DNA from: Candidatus Rokuibacteriota bacterium
GTDB taxonomy: Bacteria > Methylomirabilota > Methylomirabilia > Rokubacteriales > CSP1-6
Direction of reading: 5' to 3'
Assembly: GCA_003221435.1 (NCBI GenBank)
Contig: QHRS01000051.1
Location: 1-33,878 of the forward strand
DNA length: 33,878 nucleotides
Shown: one piece after another, positions 16,883 through 24,980 of the stretch
Layout: every line of letters starts with the position of its first letter
Position numbering within the stretch: the first letter of the stretch is position 1
Program-made: the position numbers and the translations under genes
Notes under the pieces: model-generated
The model's database searches: none
What the model was told of the DNA's origin: nothing
What the model saw: the letters and a program-made list of their open reading frames with translations, nothing else

Positions 16883-18217
16883 TCACGCGCGAGTCGCCTG
16901 AACCTCCTCGGTCCAGATGCTCATCTTGCGCGTCTCCGGCATCACGAACAGGGCGATCAGGAACATGATGGCCGGCAGCCCGATGGGATACACGAGCGCC
17001 CAACCGACGCTGTGGGTGTTCAGGTACACCGCCGTCGTGATGATGGGCACGAGACCCCCGCCCCAGCCGTTGCCTATGTGATAGGGCACCGACACCGAGG
17101 TGTAGCGGATGCGCCCGGGGAAGAATTCCGCGAGGAACGCGGCGATTGGGCCATAGGTCATGCCCACGTAGTTGACCAGGATCACGATGATGAGGATGGA
17201 CATCCCGTAGTTGACGTTCTTTGGATCGGCGTAGTTGCCGAGGGCCATGTAGAGGGGATAGTAGGTCAGCGAGGCGAGGAGCATGCCGCCGAGGATGATC
17301 GGCTTCCGGCCGATCTTGTCCGAGAGCCAGCCCCAGAAGACCAGCGTCGGGGTCGCGATGAGCAGCCCGATGCCGACGATGTAGCTCGAGGTCAGCACGT
17401 CGATCTTCTGGACCTTCTGCAAGAAATAGAGCGCCCAGAACTGGCCGCTGTACCAGACGCACCCCTGACCCAGCACGACCACGCTGGCGATCAGCACGTA
17501 CTTGATGTTGCGGCTCAGGAAGGCCTCGCGCCAGGGGTTCTTGCTGGTCTGCCCCTTCGCCTTGATCTCCTGGAAGATCGGGGTCTCCTGGAGCGAGAGC
17601 CGGATGTAGATGGCGATGGCGACCAGGAGGAGCGAGATGATGAACGGGATCCGCCAGCCCCACTCGTTGAATGCCGCGTCGCCGAGGTACTTCTGCGTCC
17701 CGATGATCACGGCCAGCGACACGACGATCCCGAGCGTGGGCGACGTCTGGAGCCACCCGGTGTAATACCCGCGCTTTTCGTCCGAGATGTGCTCGGCCAC
17801 GTACGTGATGGCGCCGCCATACTCCCCGCCCAGGCAGAGGCCCTGAATCAAGCGGAGGACGAAGAGGGTGACCGCGGCGGCGAGGCCGATGGCAGCATAG
17901 GTCGGAACGAAGCCGATAAGGGCCGTCGAAACCCCCATGCCGCTCAGCGTCGCGATGAACGTGTACTTCCGGCCCACCCGGTCGCCGAGCCAGCCGAACA
18001 CGAGCGCTCCCAGCGGCCGGATCAGGAAGCCGATCGAGAAGATCGCCACGGTGCTGAGGAAGGCCGCCACCGGATGGCTCTTTTCGAAGAACTTGACCGC
18101 GAGGATCGAGGCCAGGCTTCCGAAGATGTAGAAGTCGTACCACTCGATGACGTTCCCGACTGCTGCGGCGATGACGACACGGCGGAGTTCTTTCAGCGGA
18201 AGATTAGGCGACAGCAT
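16883..18217 (-). CDS. MFS transporter, metabolite:H+ symporter (MHS) type
   Basis: 444 aa with about 12 hydrophobic segments. N-terminal GNVIEWYDFYIFG and the MFS loop motif GWLGDRVGRKYTF. Confidence 0.9.
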   Translation of the reverse strand: MLSPNLPLKELRRVVIAAAVGNVIEWYDFYIFGSLASILAVKFFEKSHPVAAFLSTVAIFSIGFLIRPLGALVFGWLGDRVGRKYTFIATLSGMGVSTALIGFVPTYAAIGLAAAVTLFVLRLIQGLCLGGEYGGAITYVAEHISDEKRGYYTGWLQTSPTLGIVVSLAVIIGTQKYLGDAAFNEWGWRIPFIISLLLVAIAIYIRLSLQETPIFQEIKAKGQTSKNPWREAFLSRNIKYVLIASVVVLGQGCVWYSGQFWALYFLQKVQKIDVLTSSYIVGIGLLIATPTLVFWGWLSDKIGRKPIILGGMLLASLTYYPLYMALGNYADPKNVNYGMSILIIVILVNYVGMTYGPIAAFLAEFFPGRIRYTSVSVPYHIGNGWGGGLVPIITTAVYLNTHSVGWALVYPIGLPAIMFLIALFVMPETRKMSIWTEEVQATRA

Positions 18218-18338
18218 AGGCCCCCCTGCTGTTCATGTACGCCTCCCTTGATTTGAAGATCAGGCCGAAGCAGCTTCACGGCCAGGAGCGCGCCGCCCGG
18301 CGATCGGGCTCGCGGTCGCGGACGACGTTTTGCCGGCG

Positions 18339-18366
18339 ATCATAGTCATTTCTGAGGGCTTGTCTA
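18339..18366 (-). promoter_or_regulatory. Candidate promoter for the MFS gene (TAGACA-16 nt-TATGAT on the minus strand)
   Basis: Minus strand reads GCTAGACAAGCCCTCAGAAATGACTATGATCG. A 14-nt perfect palindrome CGCCCGATCGGGCG (18387-18400) lies about 20 nt upstream of the -35 box. Confidence 0.4.
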
Positions 18367-18666
18367 GCGGCATTTTCGCGGTGTCGCCCGATCGGGCGGT
18401 GGGAGTGAGGGCGGCGTGATCCGTGGCGATGGCGGGCTCAGCCGGGACGGGACAAGCGCGGACGCCGTGCGAGATGCTCCCGTTCGCCAGGAAGAAGGAA
18501 GAGGCCGGAGCGTCCACGCCCGTAGCTGCACGCCCGCGCAGGGCGCCACAGGCCGTAGGATGAGTCCGTGCCGATCGGGGGCGCGGCCTGGCACGCCCGG
18601 GGACAGGATGTCCAAGAATTGACACCCCTCGTCCCAAATAGGGCGGTCCGCGGCCCGACGCCGGCG

Positions 18667-18706
18667 CTGACATCCGGATGGGATCCGGCGGGAATGTCAG
18701 ATTTTC
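18667..18706 (+). terminator. Orphan terminator-like hairpin (CTGACAT-CCGGAT-GGG-ATCCGG-CGGGA-ATGTCAG followed by ATTTT)
   Basis: Outer 7-bp and inner 6-bp stems were verified by eye, and a T-run follows at 18702-18705. It lies in the 578-nt divergent intergenic region, 90 nt upstream of the TraR/DksA gene. Confidence 0.3.
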
Positions 18707-18794
18707 GACGAATTAGCCCCCCCTCCTCCTTCTGAAACCTCACGGCATAGCGGTTGCATCCAAACGCTGTCCGAGTGAGCGAAGGAGGGCCACA

Positions 18795-19202
18795 ATGGAC
18801 GAGATTCGGATCAAGCTGGAAACGGAGCTGCGGGAAGCGATCGGCCGGTTGCGCCAGCTGGGTGGCGGAATCACTGCGGAAGAGCTGCCCGGCGCGATTG
18901 GAGATAATTCGCCGTGCGCTGATGAGGTCGACGAGATCCAGGCCAACGAGAGCCGGGAGCTGGGCTTTGTGACCCGGACGATGCTGGTCGAGCGGGTCAA
19001 TCGCATCGCTGACGCGCTCGAGCGGCTGAGCGAGGGCGACTACGGCGTGTGCGTCGAGTGCGGGGAGACGATCGCACCCGCGCGCCTTCGGGCGCTGCCA
19101 GAGGTGCAGACCTGCATCCGGTGCCAGGACCGGCTCGAGCGGCTCGAGCGGCGCATGGAGACGGTCGGGGCGTTGTTCGGCGACACTGAGGAGGAAATCT
19201 AG
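18795..19202 (+). CDS. TraR/DksA-family C4 zinc-finger protein
   Basis: 135 aa. AAGGAGG SD about 6 nt upstream. Coiled-coil N-terminus, then CVECGETIAPARLRALPEVQTCIRCQ (CxxC-x17-CxxC). Confidence 0.88.
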   Translation: MDEIRIKLETELREAIGRLRQLGGGITAEELPGAIGDNSPCADEVDEIQANESRELGFVTRTMLVERVNRIADALERLSEGDYGVCVECGETIAPARLRALPEVQTCIRCQDRLERLERRMETVGALFGDTEEEI

Positions 19203-19942
19203 GTCTCGGACACCCGCAAGTGACGACGTAATACGTCCGGCGTATCGGTGATGATCCCTGTCACTTCCCAGTCGATCAGGCGGCCCATCCGCGCCGGATC
19301 GTTCACCGTGAAGACGTAGAGATCAAGGCCCGCCCGCCGGGCAGCGTGCACGCGCCGCTCGGTCACAAGGCGGGCCGAAAGGCCCACGGCCGTGGTTCCC
19401 TCCGGGACCACGGCCGTGATGTTTTCGGGCACCCTCACCCCCTCGATCAGCGCGACCCGCCTGACGCCCGCATTCCGGGCACGGACGGCCGCGAGCGCCG
19501 CGAAGTCGAACGACAGCACGATCGCGCGCTCGACCACGTCGTAGATCTCGAGCAGCGACACCACCCGGTCCTCGATGCCCGGATACCGGCTCGAGCCCGC
19601 CTTCAGCTCGACCGCGAACCCCACGCGCTCGCGAAACCGTTCGAGCACCTCCTGCAGACTCTGCAGCCGTTGCCCCCGAAACGCGTGGCCGCGCCAGGAG
19701 CCGGCGTCCAGACGTTTCAGTTCGCGCAGGGAGAGGTGGCGCACCGGCCCGGTCCCGGTGGTGGTGCGCTCGAGGGTGTCATCGTGGATGATCACCGGCT
19801 GGTCGTCACTGGAGAGGTGGAGGTCGAACTCGAGCATGTCCGCGCCCTGCAGGACCGCCAGCTCGAAGGCCGCGAGCGTGTTTTCGGGCGCATAGGCGGA
19901 CGCGCCCCGATGGGCGATCACGAGAGGGCGCTTTGGCGTCAC
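19199..19942 (-). CDS. Glycerophosphodiester phosphodiesterase
   Basis: 247 aa. [48 protein letters not shown]. Confidence 0.9.
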   Translation of the reverse strand: MTPKRPLVIAHRGASAYAPENTLAAFELAVLQGADMLEFDLHLSSDDQPVIIHDDTLERTTTGTGPVRHLSLRELKRLDAGSWRGHAFRGQRLQSLQEVLERFRERVGFAVELKAGSSRYPGIEDRVVSLLEIYDVVERAIVLSFDFAALAAVRARNAGVRRVALIEGVRVPENITAVVPEGTTAVGLSARLVTERRVHAARRAGLDLYVFTVNDPARMGRLIDWEVTGIITDTPDVLRRHLRVSET

Positions 19943-19968
19943 CGCGCCGCCCGTGTGAAGATGGCGGC

Positions 19969-20589
19969 GTGCGCACCCCGGTGCTCGACGTGTTCCGGCC
20001 CGCGATGTACCTGGCGAGCAAGGCGTACTTCAGGCTCAGGCTCAGGGGCATCGAGAACATTCCGGCGGAGGGGCCGCTTCTCATCACCCCGAACCACCAG
20101 ACGTACGCGGACCCGCCGCTGGTGACGATCCCGGTCCGGCGGCCGGTCCACTACATGGCCTGGGACGCGCTGTTCGAAATCCCGGTCCTGAGCTGGGCGA
20201 TCCGCCGACTCCGGGCGTTCCCGGTCGCGCTCGAGGGCGCCGACCCGAAGGGGGTCCGCCAGGCGGTGCGGCTGCTGGAGGCGGGGGAGGCGGTGATGAT
20301 CTTCCCGGAGGGCGGTCGCTCCGTCGATGGCCGGCTCCAACGCTTCAAGCTCGGCGCGTTTCGTCTCGCGGTGGCGCAGGGCGCGGCGGTCCTGCCGGTG
20401 ACGATCGTGGGCGGCAACGAGTCATGGCCGCCGACCCGGACCCTCCCGCGGCCCGGCCGGATCACGATCACCTATCACCCGGTGCTGCGCGTCGACCCCG
20501 ACGACGACCCGAAGGTGGCCGCCCGGCGCCTCGCCGACCGCGCGCGCGCCGCGATCGCCAGCGCGCTGCCCCCGGACCGGACCGGGTAA
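19969..20589 (+). CDS. plsC: 1-acyl-sn-glycerol-3-phosphate acyltransferase (PlsC family)
   Basis: HX4D motif in ITPNHQTYADPP, plus FPEGGRS. The start is uncertain: the TTG at 19933 in the ORF track would overlap the divergent GDPD start, so I prefer in-frame GTG 19969. Confidence 0.8.
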   Translation: MRTPVLDVFRPAMYLASKAYFRLRLRGIENIPAEGPLLITPNHQTYADPPLVTIPVRRPVHYMAWDALFEIPVLSWAIRRLRAFPVALEGADPKGVRQAVRLLEAGEAVMIFPEGGRSVDGRLQRFKLGAFRLAVAQGAAVLPVTIVGGNESWPPTRTLPRPGRITITYHPVLRVDPDDDPKVAARRLADRARAAIASALPPDRTG

Positions 20590-20597
20590 GCGGCGCC

Positions 20598-21755
20598 TCA
20601 CGCGCGCTTGTCCTCGACGCGATAGCCGGCGCTCGACAGCCGCGTCTTGATCTCGTCGATCTGCTCGCGCCCCGAGGTCTCCAGCGTCAGTTCCACTTCG
20701 CTCTCGCCGATGCCGCCGCGGGAGAACGCGCGGTGGTGCTCGATGTGCAGGATGTTCGCCCGCGACTCGGCGATGAGCGTGGTGAGCCGCGCGAGCGCGC
20801 CCGGCCGGTCCACCAGCATCACCGCCAGGCGCACCAGCCGGCCGTCCTTGACGAGCCCGCGCTCGATGATCCGCGAGATCATCGTGACGTCGATGTTGCC
20901 GCCCGAGAGCACGAGGACGACCGCCCGGCCGTCGAGACGGAGCGGACGGTTCAGCAACGCCGCGAGCGTGGTCGCGCCCGCGCCCTCGACCACGGTCTTC
21001 TCGATCTCGAGCAGTAGCAGGATCGCGTTGGCGATTTCCTCCTCGGTGACGACGACGATCTCGTCCACGAGGGCCCGGATGATGTCCATCGTCAGCCTGC
21101 CCCGTTCGCGGACGGCGATGCCGTCGGCGATGGTGGGCAGCTCGGCGGCTTGCACCCCGATGACGCGGACCCGCGGCGTGCGCGCCTTGACCGCCGTGGC
21201 GACGCCGGCGATGAGCCCGCCGCCGCCGACCGGGACGAGCAGCGCCTCGACGTCCGGCCGCTGCTCGAGCAGCTCGAGCGCGAGCGTTCCCTGGCCGGCC
21301 ATCACGCGCTCGTCGTCGAACGGATGGACGAAGCAGAGGTCCCGCTGGCGCTCGACCTCGCGCGCGCGGGCATAGGCTTCGTCGTAGTTCGCGCCGACCA
21401 GCAGCACCTCGGCCCCGTAGCGGCGGGCGGAGACGACCTTGACCAGCGGCGCCGACTCCGGCATCACGATCACGGCCCGCACGCCGAGCCGGGCCGCGTG
21501 AAACGCGACGGCGAGCCCGTGGTTGCCGGCGCTCGCGGCCACGACGCCCCGGGCGCGCTCGGCGTCCGTGAGCTGCAGGAGGACGTTCGCGGCGCCGCGT
21601 TCCTTGAACGAGCCGGTCATCTGGAGGTTTTCGAGCTTGACGTAGCAGCGGACGCGCGTCAGCTCGGAGAGTGTCTGGGAGTAGGCGCACGGCGTCTCGT
21701 AGGTCGAGCCCCGCAGTCGCTCGCGCGCGGCTTCGATGTCCGCGAGCGTTACCAC
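20598..21755 (-). CDS. ilvA: Threonine ammonia-lyase (threonine dehydratase), PLP-dependent, with C-terminal ACT-like regulatory domain
   Basis: 385 aa. PLP-lysine motif GSFKERGA, SAGNHG, GGGGLI glycine loop. The C-terminal part (RLAVMLVDRPGALARLT...) is ACT-like. Confidence 0.88.
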   Translation of the reverse strand: MVTLADIEAARERLRGSTYETPCAYSQTLSELTRVRCYVKLENLQMTGSFKERGAANVLLQLTDAERARGVVAASAGNHGLAVAFHAARLGVRAVIVMPESAPLVKVVSARRYGAEVLLVGANYDEAYARAREVERQRDLCFVHPFDDERVMAGQGTLALELLEQRPDVEALLVPVGGGGLIAGVATAVKARTPRVRVIGVQAAELPTIADGIAVRERGRLTMDIIRALVDEIVVVTEEEIANAILLLLEIEKTVVEGAGATTLAALLNRPLRLDGRAVVLVLSGGNIDVTMISRIIERGLVKDGRLVRLAVMLVDRPGALARLTTLIAESRANILHIEHHRAFSRGGIGESEVELTLETSGREQIDEIKTRLSSAGYRVEDKRA

Positions 21756-21756
21756 G

Positions 21757-22683
21757 TCAGAAGCCGACCACGGGCGAGGGCAGGGTCGGGGATTGCCACG
21801 CGACGGGCATGAACGGCGATGACGAGGCGAAGCCGCCCCGGCCCCGCCAGTCGAGCAGGATCAGCCCGCCGTCGCCGCGCCCGTCGCTCACGAGCACGTC
21901 CACCGCGACCTTCGCCGCGTAGTCCGGGTCGTCCGCGTCCTTCAGCAAGGCGAGCGCGCGGTACGCGAGAGCGGTCCGGATGATGGCTTCGCCGGCCCCC
22001 GTGCACGACACGCCGCCGATCGTGCTCTCGGCGTACGTCCCGCACCCGATGAGCGCGGAGTCGCCGACCCGTCCGGGCAGCTGCCCCGGCGTCCCTCCGG
22101 TGGAGGTGGCCGCCGCCATCGTGCCGCGCGCGTCGAGCGCGACGGCTCCGACGGTGCCGCGCGGGACGTCGCGCGCGCCTTCGGGGTGAGCCGCCGTCGC
22201 CTGTGGCGCTCCGGCGCTCCCCCGGCGCTCGATCCACCGCTGGCGCTGGCGGTCGGTGATCAGCGAATCGGGGTCGCATTCGGGGATCCCGTGGGCCCGC
22301 GCGAACGCGAGCGCGCCCCCGGCGACGAGCAGCACGTGCCGGCCATCCTCGAGGACGCGGCGCGCGAGCGAGATCGGGTTCGCGATGCCCGACACCGCCG
22401 CGACGGCGCCGCAGCGCAGCCGGTCGCCTTCCATGATCGACGCGTCGAGCTCCACGGTCCCGGCCGCCGTCAGCACCGCGCCGCGGCCCGCGTTGAAGCG
22501 CGGGTGATCTTCGAGGAGCCGCACCGCGGCTTCGACGGCATCGAGCGAGGTGCCGCCCTCGCTGAGCCGCGCCCAGCCGGCGGCGGCCGCCGCGCGCATC
22601 GCGGCCCGCAGCTCCTCGAGCCCGTCGGCGGGCGACGGGCCCGCGCCGCCGTGCACGATGATGGCCGGCACGCGCGCCGTCAT
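21757..22683 (-). CDS. Isoaspartyl peptidase / L-asparaginase (Ntn hydrolase)
   Basis: 308 aa. IIVHGGAG, autoprocessing site GTVGAVALD, TSTGG, GCGTYA. Confidence 0.88.
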   Translation of the reverse strand: MTARVPAIIVHGGAGPSPADGLEELRAAMRAAAAAGWARLSEGGTSLDAVEAAVRLLEDHPRFNAGRGAVLTAAGTVELDASIMEGDRLRCGAVAAVSGIANPISLARRVLEDGRHVLLVAGGALAFARAHGIPECDPDSLITDRQRQRWIERRGSAGAPQATAAHPEGARDVPRGTVGAVALDARGTMAAATSTGGTPGQLPGRVGDSALIGCGTYAESTIGGVSCTGAGEAIIRTALAYRALALLKDADDPDYAAKVAVDVLVSDGRGDGGLILLDWRGRGGFASSSPFMPVAWQSPTLPSPVVGF

Positions 22684-22724
22684 GTAGAATCCGCCCGGTC
22701 GAGAGGAGCGCGAGGGGCGTTTCC

Positions 22725-23468
22725 GTGTCCCGGCTCACGCCAATGGACGGTCGAGACCGCGCGTGCGAGATGCCGCATCGGTCCTCGCTGAGGACCCTCA
22801 ACGCGACGATCGTGCGCTGCACGCGGTGCCCGAGGCTGGTCGCCCACCGGGAAGCGGTCGCGCTCGATCCACCGAGGCGGTTCCGCGGCGAGCGCTACGC
22901 GGCGCGGCCCCTCACGGGCTTCGGCGACGCGCGCGCGCGCCTGCTGCTCATCGGCCTGGCGCCCGCGGCGCACGGCGGCAACCGGACGGGGCGGATCTTC
23001 ACCGGCGACCGCAGCGGCGACTGGCTCTTTCGCGCGCTGTACGACGCGGGCTTCGCCAACCAGCCGACGTCCGTGCACTCGACCGACGGCCTGCGCCTGC
23101 GGGACGCGTACGTCACCGCGTCCGCCCGCTGCGCGCCGCCCGCCAACAAGCCGACGCTCGAGGAGCTGCGCACCTGCGAGCCGTACCTGCTCGCCGAGCT
23201 GCGGCTGCTCCCGCGCGTCCGCGTCGTGATCGCCCTCGGACGCGTCGCCTGGCAGGCCTATCTCCGCGCGCGGCGGCGCCTCGGCCAGCCGCTCCCGGCG
23301 CGCGCGCCGGTCTTCGGGCACCGCGCGCTCGTGCAGTTTCCCGACAGAATGACCTTGATCGGGTCGTATCATCCGAGCCAGCAGAACACCTTCACCGGTA
23401 AGCTCACCCGGTCGATGTTTCGTCGGATCTTCACGACCGCGCGCCGGGCCCTCGCGGAGCGCCGCTGA
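22725..23468 (+). CDS. Uracil-DNA glycosylase superfamily protein, family 5 (UdgB)-like
   Basis: CTRCPRL, GLAPAAHGGNRTGRIFTGDRSGDWLF, SYHPSQQNTFTGKL. The start is uncertain (GTG 22725, ATG 22743 or ATG 22770). Confidence 0.8.
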   Translation: MSRLTPMDGRDRACEMPHRSSLRTLNATIVRCTRCPRLVAHREAVALDPPRRFRGERYAARPLTGFGDARARLLLIGLAPAAHGGNRTGRIFTGDRSGDWLFRALYDAGFANQPTSVHSTDGLRLRDAYVTASARCAPPANKPTLEELRTCEPYLLAELRLLPRVRVVIALGRVAWQAYLRARRRLGQPLPARAPVFGHRALVQFPDRMTLIGSYHPSQQNTFTGKLTRSMFRRIFTTARRALAERR

Positions 23469-23477
23469 CCATCTTGT

Positions 23478-23632
23478 CAACGTCGGGGGGAGCGAGCGCC
23501 GCTCCCCCCGACCCCCCCCACCGGTCACCCGCGGTGTCGATTCGTTCACGCCGAGTGAATCAACGTCGGGGGAGCGAGCGCCGCTCCCCCCGACCCCCCC
23601 CACCGGTCACCGGTCGCGACGATTCTTTCACG
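23478..23632 (+). repeat. Repeat family B, two tandem direct copies (23478-23550 and 23560-23632, 82-nt period)
   Basis: Each copy reads TCAACGTCGGGGG(G)AGCGAGCGCCGCTCCCCCCGACCCCCCCACCGGTCACC...TTCACG, with hairpin GTCGGGGGGAGCG / CGCTCCCCCCGAC. They sit between the convergent UDG and HtrA genes and may act as a bidirectional terminator. Confidence 0.88.
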
Positions 23633-23703
23633 CGCTCTGCACCGTTCAGAGCCGTTGCGGTTCGTCTCGATCATCTCGGGCCTCGCCTCGCGCGGCGCGC
23701 CAT

Positions 23704-24777
23704 TTACTGATCGGTGAGGTCGTAGGGGAGGCGGGGGCGTTCGGTGACCGCGAGGCTGACGTCGCGCGTGGAACCATCGCGAAAGATGGTCAGCTTGACG
23801 CGCTGGCCGGGTCTGAGCGTCTTGACGCGCGTGTTAAGGTCCTGCGCGGTGCGGACCGGCGCGCCGTTCAGCGCGGTCACGATGTCGCCGCCGAGCAGGT
23901 ACTCCTCGCCCTGAATGCTCATCGAGAGGTTGCCCCCGCGCAGGCCCGCCCGTTCCGCGGGGCTTCCGTCCTCGACCACCTCGACGAGGAAGCCTGCAGT
24001 CACCGACATCTTGAGGACGGCGGAGAGGCCCGGGTCCATCGTGCGGCCCTGAATGCCGAGCCACGGCCGCACGACGCGCCCTGCCTCGCGCAGGCTCCGC
24101 AGCGCGGTCTTCGCCACGTTGATCGGAATCGCAAACCCGATGTTCCGTGCATCCTCGGTGGTCAGCGTGTTGATGCCGATGACGGTCGAGCAGCGATCGA
24201 GCAACGGGCCGCCGGAGTTCCCCGGATTGATCGGCGCGTCCGTCTGGAGCATCGGTTCGTCGGCGCTCAAGTACGGCAGCACGCGGTTGACCGCGCTCAC
24301 GATCCCCCGCGTCATGGTCTGCTCGAGCCCGATCGGGTTGCCGATCGTGACGACATCGTCACCCACGCGAACGCCCGCCGAGTCACCGAGCCGCACCACC
24401 GGCTGAGGCGTCGAGACGTGGAGCTTCAGCAGCGCGAGGTCGAGCACCGTGTCGAGCCCGAGCACGCGCGTCGAGACCTTGTCGCCGGAGTTGAGCGTCG
24501 CGACGATGGACGCCGCGCCGTCGACGACGTGCGCGTTGGTGAGCGCCTGGCCGTCGCTCTCGATCAGGAAGCCGGAGCCCACGATCGTCTCGAAGCGGCG
24601 GTCCGGTCGCGCCTTGTTGATCTTCGTCGCCTGGATCGAGAAGACGGCCGGCGCGGTCTTCGTGTAGATCGTCGACAGCGGCTCGTCGCACGTTGTGGGG
24701 GCCGCCGACGCCGGGGCCGCGGCCAGGATGATGAGCGGAACGAAGGCGAGCCACAACGTCGAGCGCATCGCGGTCAC
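23704..24777 (-). CDS. HtrA/DegP-family periplasmic serine protease with one PDZ domain
   Basis: 357 aa. Signal peptide (LWLAFVPLIILAAAPASA). Triad contexts TNAHVV, DLALLK, GNSGGPL. C-terminal PDZ (GFLVEVVEDGSPAERAGLRGG...GDIVTALNG). Confidence 0.9.
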   Translation of the reverse strand: MTAMRSTLWLAFVPLIILAAAPASAAPTTCDEPLSTIYTKTAPAVFSIQATKINKARPDRRFETIVGSGFLIESDGQALTNAHVVDGAASIVATLNSGDKVSTRVLGLDTVLDLALLKLHVSTPQPVVRLGDSAGVRVGDDVVTIGNPIGLEQTMTRGIVSAVNRVLPYLSADEPMLQTDAPINPGNSGGPLLDRCSTVIGINTLTTEDARNIGFAIPINVAKTALRSLREAGRVVRPWLGIQGRTMDPGLSAVLKMSVTAGFLVEVVEDGSPAERAGLRGGNLSMSIQGEEYLLGGDIVTALNGAPVRTAQDLNTRVKTLRPGQRVKLTIFRDGSTRDVSLAVTERPRLPYDLTDQ

Positions 24778-24787
24778 ATGATACTAT

Positions 24788-24817
24788 CAGGCCGCTCCCA
24801 AAGGCCCATCTGGGTCG
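24788..24817 (+). repeat. Repeat family C, copy 2
   Basis: CAGGCCGCTCCCAAAGGCCCATCTGGGTCG is 28/30 identical to 3204-3233. It lies 11 nt upstream of the HtrA start (opposite strand) and 164 nt upstream of the M16 gene. Confidence 0.8.
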
Positions 24818-24967
24818 CATCGGGACCTGTTTGAGCGGCGTGCCGGGTCCTTCAGCATCCCGCACACGCCCGGTGGAGAACTCCCGCGTCCGGATGGCGC
24901 TGCCGGCGGTCCGCGCCACGCTCGTGCGCCCGACGGGCGCGCCGGCGGTGTGCCGAAAGTTCTCGCG

Positions 24968-24973
24968 TATAAT
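24968..24973 (+). promoter_or_regulatory. Consensus -10 box TATAAT, 7 nt upstream of ATG 24981
   Basis: A perfect TATAAT in a GC-rich context. I found no convincing -35 box and no properly spaced SD, which suggests a leaderless M16 transcript. Confidence 0.35.
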
Positions 24974-24980
24974 CGAGGAC

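Noticed and set aside
18260-18743. ORFs of 137, 101, 83 and 68 aa in the long MFS/DksA intergenic region
   Set aside because: The translations are Arg/Pro/Ala-rich with no start context or motifs. The region carries promoter- and terminator-like signals instead, so I treat it as regulatory and non-coding.
20422-21690. 422-aa minus-strand ORF and 16701-18143 480-aa ORF (alternative frames of ilvA and the MFS gene)
   Set aside because: They are alternative frames on the same strand as well-supported genes. The products are extremely Arg/Pro/Gly-rich with no domain signatures.
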